Origin: a virus
Direction: 5' to 3' (one strand)
DNA length: 64,000 bases
Virus record (IMG/VR): IMGVR_UViG_3300032087_005124
Location: 1,975 to 65,974 of that record
Below the pieces are notes generated by a model. That model was not told where the DNA came from, made no database searches, and saw nothing but the letters and a program-made list of their open reading frames with translations. The translations under genes were made by a program, and so were the position numbers. Shown here one piece after another: positions 49,801 through 57,821 of the stretch. Numbering within the stretch: the first letter of the stretch is position 1; every line of letters starts with the position of its first letter.

Positions 49801-52800
49801 AGGTTGGAAAGATATCGTCATAGCCCCACATGGTGCTAATGGCAATGTTGGTATAGGAACAACTAATCCTGATAGAAAAGTCGTTATTGATGCAGGTGCT
49901 GGATACCCTTTAAAACTCAACTCAACTCAAGAATATTTATTAGGTTTAGCTAGAAATGGCACAGAACAATGGTGGTTCAAGGTTAATACTGCTGGTGACT
50001 TTACAATACATGAAAATTTCGCTAATGATAGATTTCGTATAAAAGCAGGTGGTAATGTCGGTATAGGAGTAGGTGACCCAGATGCAACTCTAGAAGTTAA
50101 AGGCGCAGGAAATACCAATGCTACTACATCTCTTCATGTTAGAGATAGTGACGACCAAAAGTTATTCATGGTTAGAAATGACGGTGTTGTAACTGTAGAG
50201 CATAATTACTTCTATGCTAGTGCAAGTGCTGGAGCTTATGTTGAAAACGGATTAAGAGTTAGAGGGTTTCTTGAGAATGACCAAGGAGCTTTAGCAATAA
50301 ATGGTGATGTTAACTTTGATTCAAATACTTTATATGTAGATAGCTCAAATAATAGAATTGGTCTAGGGACAAATAGTCCTTCAGGTATATTAGACGTTGA
50401 CGGTGTTGCTTATTTTAGAGGAGGAACATCAGTAGGGCATACAGCTAATGAAACTGATGCGGCAATGGTTATTAAAGATGATTTCTTTATCCATACTCAA
50501 ACAAGTAGTAATTATTTAAGGAGGCTTATAGGTAAAGACAGTAGTCATAACATACATGTTGGCGAATCTCAAACAGAACTAATTCAATCAATAAAGTTTT
50601 ATGCTGGTTCATCTGCCAATGCTCATTACGCATTTCACGGTGGAGCAACAGAAAGAATGCGAATAGAAGGGGGTGGCAATGTTGGCATAGGATCAACTAA
50701 CCCACAAGTAAAATTAGATGTAAATGGAAATATTAAAGCGTCTCAAGTAGGAGTAACAAACATTGTCACAAACAAAATCGTTAAATTTGGAGGCACTTAT
50801 TTAGACGATAGTATTATTTATGATGACGGGACAAACGTAGGTATAGCAACAAATAGTCCGACATCAAAACTTCATGTTTATGGTGGAGATAACACGGGTC
50901 TTTTTGGGTCAATAAGAAATGACTTTACCAACAGAATGAACATAAAGGTCGCAATGGGTTCGACCACACGTTACATTGGAACAGTTGAGCAATACGGTAA
51001 TGGAGATTCATCAGGTTTTACTATCAGAATATATGATGGGGCAGAAAAAGTCTTTAGAATTGTTCGTGTTGTTGTTCAAAATAGTGGAGGAACTAATTCT
51101 GTCTCGGCAACTGTTGAAGGTGGTGGAGAAGATACTGATATTCATATAAATTTAGAATATAAAAATAGAGATGGAGATGCGACTAAGACAGACTTCTTCC
51201 TTGTTCCTACATCAAAAAGCTTTACTCAATATGTTGAAATAGAAGGATACATATTAAGAGATACTGGTTGGAATACAACTTCACTTACAAGCGTTAGCCT
51301 TGATGATGACCTTGCTTTAAATATTCTTGATTCTGTCAACGGCAGTAGAGTTGGTGTTGGAACTACAGATCCATCAGCAAAGTTTCATGCTGAAGGTTCC
51401 ATGATAGTTAAAGGTGATGCTGGTTGGGCTGGAACAGATAATCAAGATGGAGCTATATTTTTAAACACTGCTGGAAGAGCATTACTTGGAGCTTTCTCCA
51501 CTAGTTATGCAAGACCTTTAATTAGAACTTCTAATAATTACATAGAGCATGGTAGCGCAGGAACCAGTTTAATTAATGGATTTAGATTTTATGCAGGAAG
51601 CGAAAGTTCTCCTATTGGAACATATGATTTCTATACAAGTGGATCTAATAGCAGATTACATATAGAAAAAGGCGGTAATATTGGTATAGGTACAAACAGT
51701 CCATCAGCTAATTTAGATATTTATAATGGTTCTAGTTGGTCGGAGTTACACCTTGATGGATCTAATGGAGGCGAAATAAAACTTCAAAAAGCAGGGACCA
51801 CTCATCTTGACATATATGCATCTGATGTAGGGAGTACTGCTTCTGTTATTAAAGCACAATCACACTTACAACTAGCTTCAAATAATAGCACTGCTGCTAA
51901 CAGTAGTATTTATTTAAAGTCAAATGGCAACGTAGGCATAGGAACAGATTCTCCTTCAGGAACTCTTCATGTTTCAAATACAGGTTCCGAATATACTGAC
52001 AAATTTATTGTAGACGGTTCTCACGGTAGATTATTTAATGTTTCTGACGAAACAACAGGAATTATATTTAGCGTCAATGACGCGGCTGGTTTACCAGTTT
52101 TAGAAGTAGATAGTACATCTGGATATGATAAAGTTAGTATCGGTGAATTTGGTACAAATGCTTTAGTTGTTTCTGGTAGCGGTGTTAGTATAGGTGTGAC
52201 AGGTTCTAGGGAAGAAGTTTTAGAGGTTTATCCAGACAAGGATGAAAGTGCTATTCTAGGTAAAGCGCATGTTGGATATGTTGGCTTTAGTAATTTTGCT
52301 GGTTTTAGTCATGTAGATAGAAACTCTACTACAACTTATGCCTTACTACAAAGTGAAGCAGGTTCAACTTATTTAAATAAAGCAGCAGGTCAGCAAATTT
52401 ATTTTAGAAATGGAAATAGCAACGTAGGTGGTTTTAATAATTATGACGACTTCTATGTTGGTGCTAGCTCTACAGATAATATTTTTTATGTTGATAGATC
52501 TACTGATAGAGTTGGTATAGGTACTACATTGCCAAGTCATACATTGACTTTATCCGATGCAACTAGTCCTTCCTTAAAAATAATTGACACTACTAACGAC
52601 GTTACACTTTTAGCTTACTCACAAGATAGTGATGCACACGTTGGAACATACAGTAATCATTCATTAATCCTTGATACAAATAGTTCCGAAGCAATTCGGA
52701 TTACAAGTGCAGGAAATGTTGGAATAGGTGTTAGTAGTAATCCTAGTTCTAAACTAGAAGTAAATGGTTCATTCTCGGCTAGTAGTAAAACTTTTAATAT

Positions 52801-53140
52801 TGAACATCCCACACAATCTGGGAAAAGGTTAATTCATGGTTGTTTTGAGGGGCCAGAGCATGGGGTTTACTTTAGAGGCAAAACACAAGATAGCGGCATA
52901 CAAGCTCCAGAATATTGGTCTGGATTAGTTGATATTGATTCAATGACAGTCGATGTAACTCCAATAGGACCAAATCAAAGTATTTATGTTGATAGGATAG
53001 AAGATAATGGAGATGTTTATGTGGGGGCTAATACTGAAGAACCACTTAATTATTTTTATGTTGTTTATGGCGAGAGAAAAGATATAGATAAGTTGGAGGT
53101 AGTGAAAGATGCTCCTGTTGCAGATACAGCAATAGTTTAG
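46859..53140 (+). CDS. Giant modular tail fibre/adhesin 3 (2093 aa)
   Basis: About 18 GNVGIGT-type linkers; C-terminal KTFNIEHP...FEGPEHGVYFRG domain paralogous to fibre 1. Confidence 0.8.
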   Translation: MPTVTGDNFYIDKHTLQFRTGETGVASIVYDKTDESISIANAGTGQISIGDAGGDIYIGDGSTETDIIFEQNGAIRALTNKTLKLGQGDSDVKVEAQNFLVTGDAGFSGVVTINGNPVMTGANPYDEDTLQTVTDRGATTTNAITLQNNLTLSYNYPRINLTDTNNDSDYSIINNDGSFGIYDVTNTAYRLQILSGGNVGIGSATPAYKLDVAGDIATDRYIRHNGDTNTYFGFPSDDTIQFNTNSSERMRITSAGNVGIGTNSPNQKFVVTARSNFDSQNNFYGSWVDGNTAGDSFFAVGQWWNVGGRMQAGSNNMYIHTHNSSHDLVLQSGGGYVGIGTNSPSQKLEIIADATALADQPAEPLFVHNDGNSIDGRVFLSVKHDEITTAQALGAGLKMTAGAVTAGTASYFDSLIFLEGAAAGSDTIHSAPKAIKFYVDNHGTAAGDGNDYSQLGDLRLTIAEDGNIGIGDASPIGDLQIGTNVFSGANGVYADDRIGLSVNGGLKSMVYASTYNNATYPDYGMVFIHGPNTGDYNVWSISPDGPAKGSGLNFIYRKDATNIHTTTPKVVFDGNGNVGIGTNDPNVPLEIAMNSTELVNLGSSGPNATIQFGSASSTTFGSIGARQTNTSQSALGFLAATPNSSTALYGDMFFSTRENDDSDFSTTAGKRAFSFVRYTNPLMTIMRDGKVGIGTTSPEDLLTVSAGAGSSTTDLVNVGGTGNGRMLVRHIEGKDFNSASLDTLYLNYDSNGAIIAAYGGGNVGIGTNNPDAKLHLHKNSAGSVSAISQSTLVVENNSANAISMLTPNNTTSYLVFGDPDDNQRGYLSYTHADDTMRFKVGGDERMFITGNGNISIGTTALAPHKLNVKGTIVHLNDSNIQVVGITNANGDGRFYANNAGGVTKALIDSNGDSYINGDKFHVGVQSSSHAFVHINGRQLVESPTVPSTVTISDSGDSTKAIRIGYEPTWDVGCISASDLGAGWKDIVIAPHGANGNVGIGTTNPDRKVVIDAGAGYPLKLNSTQEYLLGLARNGTEQWWFKVNTAGDFTIHENFANDRFRIKAGGNVGIGVGDPDATLEVKGAGNTNATTSLHVRDSDDQKLFMVRNDGVVTVEHNYFYASASAGAYVENGLRVRGFLENDQGALAINGDVNFDSNTLYVDSSNNRIGLGTNSPSGILDVDGVAYFRGGTSVGHTANETDAAMVIKDDFFIHTQTSSNYLRRLIGKDSSHNIHVGESQTELIQSIKFYAGSSANAHYAFHGGATERMRIEGGGNVGIGSTNPQVKLDVNGNIKASQVGVTNIVTNKIVKFGGTYLDDSIIYDDGTNVGIATNSPTSKLHVYGGDNTGLFGSIRNDFTNRMNIKVAMGSTTRYIGTVEQYGNGDSSGFTIRIYDGAEKVFRIVRVVVQNSGGTNSVSATVEGGGEDTDIHINLEYKNRDGDATKTDFFLVPTSKSFTQYVEIEGYILRDTGWNTTSLTSVSLDDDLALNILDSVNGSRVGVGTTDPSAKFHAEGSMIVKGDAGWAGTDNQDGAIFLNTAGRALLGAFSTSYARPLIRTSNNYIEHGSAGTSLINGFRFYAGSESSPIGTYDFYTSGSNSRLHIEKGGNIGIGTNSPSANLDIYNGSSWSELHLDGSNGGEIKLQKAGTTHLDIYASDVGSTASVIKAQSHLQLASNNSTAANSSIYLKSNGNVGIGTDSPSGTLHVSNTGSEYTDKFIVDGSHGRLFNVSDETTGIIFSVNDAAGLPVLEVDSTSGYDKVSIGEFGTNALVVSGSGVSIGVTGSREEVLEVYPDKDESAILGKAHVGYVGFSNFAGFSHVDRNSTTTYALLQSEAGSTYLNKAAGQQIYFRNGNSNVGGFNNYDDFYVGASSTDNIFYVDRSTDRVGIGTTLPSHTLTLSDATSPSLKIIDTTNDVTLLAYSQDSDAHVGTYSNHSLILDTNSSEAIRITSAGNVGIGVSSNPSSKLEVNGSFSASSKTFNIEHPTQSGKRLIHGCFEGPEHGVYFRGKTQDSGIQAPEYWSGLVDIDSMTVDVTPIGPNQSIYVDRIEDNGDVYVGANTEEPLNYFYVVYGERKDIDKLEVVKDAPVADTAIV

Positions 53141-53172
53141 AAAAAGTAATTAAAATTAATAAAATATATTAA

Positions 53173-53778
53173 ATGGCAGTAAATTATCAGAATAAAATTG
53201 TAACAGATGGATTGGTTCTCTGTTTAGATGCAGGAGATCCAAAATCATATGCTGGGTCAGGTGATGACTGGAAAGATAGAAGCGGTAATAGTTTTGACTT
53301 TACTAATGAGGCTGGTTTTTCAGCCAACTTTAATTCTGAAGGATACTTCGGGCTTGAAGCGCCTGATGGAACTAATTACTATAACACTATAACAAATAAC
53401 ACAACATGCACTGTTGTTATTTGGATGAGAACAACAGAAGTACAAGCTTTGTTCTGGCATGGACAAAGTGGCGGCCAATACCTTGGCGCTTATAGGAGTG
53501 ACAATAAAGAATATCATTCCGATTGTGGCTCGCCTGATTTTTACATGGATACAGTGGAAAAAAGTAATATTTATGATCATATTAGAGATGGGGAATGGCA
53601 TATGGTTGAATTTAAAAATGTAAATTTTGCTAACTGGACTCACAATAGATTTAATAATTATGGAGGTTATGATTTTGGTGATGGAGCCGTAGGAAAGATA
53701 TTAATTTATAATAGGAATTTAACAGCGGCTGAAAGTACACAAAATTTTAATGCTCTAAGAGGAAAATTTGGAATATGA
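53173..53778 (+). CDS. LamG-like lectin domain protein (paralogue 2)
   Basis: IVTDGLVLCLDAGDPKSY...KILIYNRNLTAAESTQNFNALRGKFGI. Confidence 0.75.
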   Translation: MAVNYQNKIVTDGLVLCLDAGDPKSYAGSGDDWKDRSGNSFDFTNEAGFSANFNSEGYFGLEAPDGTNYYNTITNNTTCTVVIWMRTTEVQALFWHGQSGGQYLGAYRSDNKEYHSDCGSPDFYMDTVEKSNIYDHIRDGEWHMVEFKNVNFANWTHNRFNNYGGYDFGDGAVGKILIYNRNLTAAESTQNFNALRGKFGI

Positions 53779-54464
53779 GTTTAGCACACAGTCCAAGAAT
53801 AATAACAGATGGGCTTGTCTTCTGCGTGGACGCAGCAGACAAGAAGTCCTATATTGGTAGTGGATCTACATGGACAGACAGAAAAAGCGGCAATAACCAA
53901 TCTCTTAATGGAGCTACTTTTGATTCTGGTAATCGTGGTAGTATAGTGTTTGATGGCGTAAATGATTATAGTATAAATACAGGTTCATCAGATTACGATT
54001 TAACAGAAGGAACTGTGGAGTGTTGGGCTAAAGTTCACAGTAGCACAACTAATTATTTTGGAGTAGGTTCTATTGTTACAATAAATCCATATAAAGGTTT
54101 TGGGATTCATAGTTATGCTAACTCTACTAAGTTTTCACTTTTTATTACTTACAATGCAGCTGGAACAATTAGATATTTGGATGCTGATAATAATTATGTG
54201 ATAGACCAGTGGTATCATTTGGTCGGCACAGTTGGAGCTTCAAGGGCTGATTTTTATATTAATGGGGTTCGAAATGAATACTTTACATACACAACAGCAA
54301 TTGCACCTTCATCACCGTCGATAACTATTGGTAGGTTTTACTCTAATGTTAACAATTTTTATGCGCCATGTAATATAGCATCTGTCAAATTTTATAATAG
54401 AGCTTTAACGGAAGATGAAGTCCTCCAAAACTATAACGCAACAAAAGGAAGATTCGGACTATGA
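53775..54464 (+). CDS. LamG-like lectin domain protein (paralogue 3)
   Basis: SPRIITDGLVFCVDA, FDGVND, TVECWAK, WYHLVGT, VKFYNRALTEDEV. Confidence 0.85.
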   Translation: MSLAHSPRIITDGLVFCVDAADKKSYIGSGSTWTDRKSGNNQSLNGATFDSGNRGSIVFDGVNDYSINTGSSDYDLTEGTVECWAKVHSSTTNYFGVGSIVTINPYKGFGIHSYANSTKFSLFITYNAAGTIRYLDADNNYVIDQWYHLVGTVGASRADFYINGVRNEYFTYTTAIAPSSPSITIGRFYSNVNNFYAPCNIASVKFYNRALTEDEVLQNYNATKGRFGL

Positions 54465-55168
54465 GTGCAAGTGCAAACCCAGATATAGTGGATGATGGAT
54501 TAGTTCTTTGTTTAGATGCAGGAGATCCAAAATCTTATAATGGTAATGGAACTACTTGGTTTGATAGATCAGGTCAAGATAATAATGCAATATCCCAAGC
54601 TTCAGCTTCAACGACAGAAGGAAGGTTTAATAGTAATGGTTATTTTGATTTAAATGAGGCTAGTGATGTTTATTTTTTAATTTCTGGGTTAAATAATTAT
54701 GATTTTGGTTCAAACTTAACAGTCGATTTCTGGATTAAAAATACTGGGGGAGATTATAGAGCAATAGTGCAAAATTCTGATACGAATGCGGCAGACGATA
54801 CAATAGATATTAGATTTGGTAGAGAGGATTATTATGGAGGTGCAAATAATGGAACTCGATGTAGATTTAATCTTAATAGTAGCTCTACATTTTTAGCGTT
54901 TTATGTACCATTAAATGTTTGGACTCATGTAACTTGCACATTTGATGGATCTACTATGAGGGTTTATACAAATGGAGAAGAGTTTAGTAATACTTCATAT
55001 TCTTCATCTATTAACCAATCAGCAAATGATATGAAATTATTTAGACATTATAATACTGGGGAGGATTTAGTGAATCCATTTGCTTCTATAAGAATTTACA
55101 ATAAAACATTCACGGCAGCAGAAGTTGCACAAAACTTTAAAGCTACTAGAAGTAGATTTGGTCTTTAA
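54461..55168 (+). CDS. LamG-like lectin domain protein (paralogue 4)
   Basis: IVDDGLVLCLDAGDPKSY, TVDFWIK, WTHVTCTFDG, IRIYNKTFTAAEV. Confidence 0.85.
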   Translation: MSASANPDIVDDGLVLCLDAGDPKSYNGNGTTWFDRSGQDNNAISQASASTTEGRFNSNGYFDLNEASDVYFLISGLNNYDFGSNLTVDFWIKNTGGDYRAIVQNSDTNAADDTIDIRFGREDYYGGANNGTRCRFNLNSSSTFLAFYVPLNVWTHVTCTFDGSTMRVYTNGEEFSNTSYSSSINQSANDMKLFRHYNTGEDLVNPFASIRIYNKTFTAAEVAQNFKATRSRFGL

Positions 55169-55197
55169 TTTTTGATATTATTGAATATAATATCAAT

Positions 55198-55881
55198 ATG
55201 TTAAAATGTGTTTTCTTAACTCCGATAGCTAGCGGCATTACAGGGAATTTAGTCCCTAATTATCTACGATTACAATCTTGGTGTGATAAAAATAATTCTG
55301 CTATATTAACTTGTCATAGATTATTTCTAAACTTTGCCCGCAATTACCTTGCAACAGGAGGAAAAGGATTTGTTGATACCAGCCCACCAGATGCAGAATG
55401 GTTGTTTTGGATTGATTCTGATGTAAATTTTACAATAGAACAGGTAGAAAAAATATTATCAATAGGAGATGAGCATAAGTTTGTTACAGGTTGGTATAGA
55501 TCAAACTACTCAGATCAAGCTATGGTTGGTAACTGGGATGAAGATTTTTTTAGAAAGAACCATCATATGCCTTTTACTTCAGTGGAATGGCTCGATAAAA
55601 TGGGCAAAGAAGAGCCAAATAAGTTAGTTGAGGTAGATTGGTGTGGATTTGGGTTTACTAAGATACATAGATCAATTTTTGAAGAGATGGAATATCCATA
55701 CTTTCCCCTTAATCATGCAAATATAGAGGGGTGTGATGACAGAAAAGGTGGTAAATTTGACCTAAAGGATTTATCGTTTGAGGATGTTAGTTTTTGCCAA
55801 AATTGCTATAAAAAGACTGGAATTAAGCCTTTAGTAGTACCATCAGTAAGATTGCCACATTATAAATCCTTTTTTGTTTAA
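55198..55881 (+). CDS. GT-A fold glycosyltransferase
   Basis: ARNYL, WLFWIDSD (DxD), EVDWCGFGF, EDVSFC, terminal H. Confidence 0.75.
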   Translation: MLKCVFLTPIASGITGNLVPNYLRLQSWCDKNNSAILTCHRLFLNFARNYLATGGKGFVDTSPPDAEWLFWIDSDVNFTIEQVEKILSIGDEHKFVTGWYRSNYSDQAMVGNWDEDFFRKNHHMPFTSVEWLDKMGKEEPNKLVEVDWCGFGFTKIHRSIFEEMEYPYFPLNHANIEGCDDRKGGKFDLKDLSFEDVSFCQNCYKKTGIKPLVVPSVRLPHYKSFFV

Positions 55882-55931
55882 ACGAGTGTAAGAAATATTA
55901 GATATAATAATAATTTTAACTATAATTAATT

Positions 55932-56453
55932 ATGCCAGAAGATAATTTAGGAGATCCAATTCCAAGAGACGAGCCATTTGTGGTTCCTGCCCAACCAGAA
56001 GAAACATTTGATTCTGTTTGGTTGCGTAGTATTAATATTTATGCACCAAATACAGCAGAAGCTGATCCTACTCAGGGGAGTATTAATGTTGAAATGTTGC
56101 CTTATGATGCAGAGAATAAAAAAGTTTTAATAACTGCTGATAATGAAGGGGCTGAATACATTAATGTACCTTCTAGAGTTAACGGAAGAAAACCTTTTTG
56201 GCAGATGATTCAAGAAGTTCCAGAGGCGGCCGCTGCCATGGATGCTATCATTGCTGCTATACCTGCTATTAGAACTTGGGCAAATACACCGCCCCCTGAG
56301 CCAGAGCCACCTGAGCCATCACCACCAGAGCCTGATCCAGAGCCAACTCCAGATCCAGAACCAACTCCAGATCCAGAGCCTGTTGACGATGGTGCTGATC
56401 CAGAGCCTGTTGACGATGGTGCTGATGCAGAGCCTGTTGACGATGGCGTTTAA
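55932..56453 (+). CDS. Hypothetical protein with Pro/Glu/Asp tandem-repeat tail
   Basis: Globular N-terminus followed by PEPEPP/PDPEPT/PEPVDDGAD repeats. Confidence 0.65.
   Translation: MPEDNLGDPIPRDEPFVVPAQPEETFDSVWLRSINIYAPNTAEADPTQGSINVEMLPYDAENKKVLITADNEGAEYINVPSRVNGRKPFWQMIQEVPEAAAAMDAIIAAIPAIRTWANTPPPEPEPPEPSPPEPDPEPTPDPEPTPDPEPVDDGADPEPVDDGADAEPVDDGV
56337..56446 (+). repeat. In-frame tandem repeats: 2 x 18 nt followed by about 2.7 x 27 nt
   Basis: ccagagccaactccagat / ccagaaccaactccagat; ccagagcctgttgacgatggtgctgat units at 56373, 56400, 56427. Confidence 0.9.
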
Positions 56454-56488
56454 GCCAAAGGTTAACGTTTATTTTTGCAAATAAGGTG

Positions 56489-56821
56489 TTAGGATATGTC
56501 TTTCTTGATGTATCCTAACATTTTTATTTGTCCTATTAAGCTCATAACGTTAACACAATTTATACTTTTTGCGACTACAGTTAACGGGTAGTTATGTTCG
56601 GTGTCTAAACGTACACCTTCTTCTCTTTTATCTGGGCTAAGTATTTCTGACACATAGTCATAGAAACCTTTTTTCTTTAGAATCTTATAATAATAGTCTA
56701 TTTGAGATTCAGGAGCCTCAATTAGCACATCCATCTCCAAATAAGACTTGGCGGTCATGCTAAGAAATCTGAAATATAGACCTTCGTTTAGAGTTAAATC
56801 AGATACAACAATCAAGTTCAC
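56489..56821 (-). CDS. Hypothetical protein (possibly a degenerate HAD-like fold)
   Basis: GTG start preceded by GTGTAA on the minus strand; LIVVSD...KKGFYDYVSEIL. Confidence 0.5.
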   Translation of the reverse strand: MNLIVVSDLTLNEGLYFRFLSMTAKSYLEMDVLIEAPESQIDYYYKILKKKGFYDYVSEILSPDKREEGVRLDTEHNYPLTVVAKSINCVNVMSLIGQIKMLGYIKKDIS

Positions 56822-56904
56822 TATAATTTTTACACAAATATAGCCTAAAAATCGCCTTAATTGAATTTAAATTAATTAAAATTAAGAATAGATCTAGTAA
56901 TAAA

Positions 56905-56941
56905 TTACTTCCAAGAATGAGAGCTAAAGAGCCAAATATAG
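56905..56941. repeat. 37-bp dispersed repeat, copy 1
   Basis: ttacttccaagaatgagagctaaagagccaaatatag; same spacing as the copies at 57713 and 57750. Confidence 0.65.
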
Positions 56942-56947
56942 TAGGGT

Positions 56948-57709
56948 TCATTTAATCCAATTACATTTTGAATTAATCAATTGTTTTTTTGTTTTCTTTT
57001 TATAAGGAACTCTAAAACTTAAATCGTCTTTGATTATATCTCTTTCTTCACTGTTTAAATGATGATCGTTTTTATTATGAAACCTATAATAATATAATTT
57101 ATCTTTTATGTGGAAACATCTATTTTTACCTGCCATTTCTGCCATTGGTACAAATAAAACCATATCTTCTCCATACTTGAAAAATTTTCCATCTTTATAT
57201 TTTAAGTCTACATCTTTTACATTTTTCAATAAGAAAAATTTATGAGACCTTAAATGTGTTAAACAAAATCTTTGATTTCTTAATGATTTAGACCAGTCTA
57301 CAGGTGACAAATGGTCTTCTGGGAATTGAATTAGTGGAGAGGAAGAAAAACCTCCATAAGTAAACCAGTAACCTTTTGAATATATTGTTTTTAAATAAGA
57401 TAAAGTCTTTGCGTATTTTAAATGGTCATCACCATCTACAGTAACAATAATATCTTCATCATCAGGTTTGGCGACAGAAACAAAATTTATAGTCTTATTA
57501 AAGACAGCACCTTTGTTTTGTTTATTTTGTGTTATGATTATTCTTGAATCTTTTTTTGCAAATTCTCTTGCTACGTTTACAGATGAGTCGGTACTCGCAT
57601 CATCCATGATATACATCTCCCAATTTTGCTCCTCTTGCATTTGAATGCTTTTAATACAAGAACTTATATAGCTTTCGCAGTTATAGCAGGTTGTGATAAT
57701 TTTAATCAT
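56948..57709 (-). CDS. Glycosyltransferase family 2
   Basis: IITTCYN, DDASTD, IVTVDGDD (DxD), YGEDM, LYYYR. Confidence 0.9.
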   Translation of the reverse strand: MIKIITTCYNCESYISSCIKSIQMQEEQNWEMYIMDDASTDSSVNVAREFAKKDSRIIITQNKQNKGAVFNKTINFVSVAKPDDEDIIVTVDGDDHLKYAKTLSYLKTIYSKGYWFTYGGFSSSPLIQFPEDHLSPVDWSKSLRNQRFCLTHLRSHKFFLLKNVKDVDLKYKDGKFFKYGEDMVLFVPMAEMAGKNRCFHIKDKLYYYRFHNKNDHHLNSEERDIIKDDLSFRVPYKKKTKKQLINSKCNWIK

Positions 57710-57712
57710 AAA

Positions 57713-57786
57713 AAAGTTCCAAGTTTAAGAGTAAAAAAGCCAAATATAGAAAGTTCCAAGTTTGAAGAGGAAAAAGCCAAATAAAG
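57713..57786. repeat. Two tandem copies of the 37-bp repeat
   Basis: aaagttccaagtttaagagtaaaaaagccaaatatag (57713-57749) and aaagttccaagtttgaagaggaaaaagccaaataaag (57750-57786). Confidence 0.85.
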
Positions 57787-57821
57787 AACTTCAAATCAAA
57801 TAAAAAAACAAAATAAAAAAA

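Noticed and set aside
26797-55168. Diversity-generating retroelement acting on fibres or LamG genes
   Set aside because: No reverse transcriptase in the window and no template/variable repeat pair with adenine-specific mismatches was seen; shared segments differ at synonymous sites of all bases
56799-56951. Possible 50-aa hydrophobic minus-strand ORF coupled (ATGA) to the GT2 gene
   Set aside because: It runs through the 37-bp repeat and the A/T palindrome and overlaps the next gene's start; hydrophobicity is expected from T-rich DNA, so it was not called
56835-57749. TATATTTG as a Bacteroidetes-type TAnnTTTG promoter, implying a Bacteroidetes host
   Set aside because: Only a few instances, mostly inside the 37-bp repeat, whereas clear TTGACA/TATAAT promoters dominate; the host cannot be assigned from this
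57713-57786. 37-bp repeats as a mini CRISPR array
   Set aside because: The copies are directly adjacent with no spacers, are degenerate and are non-palindromic
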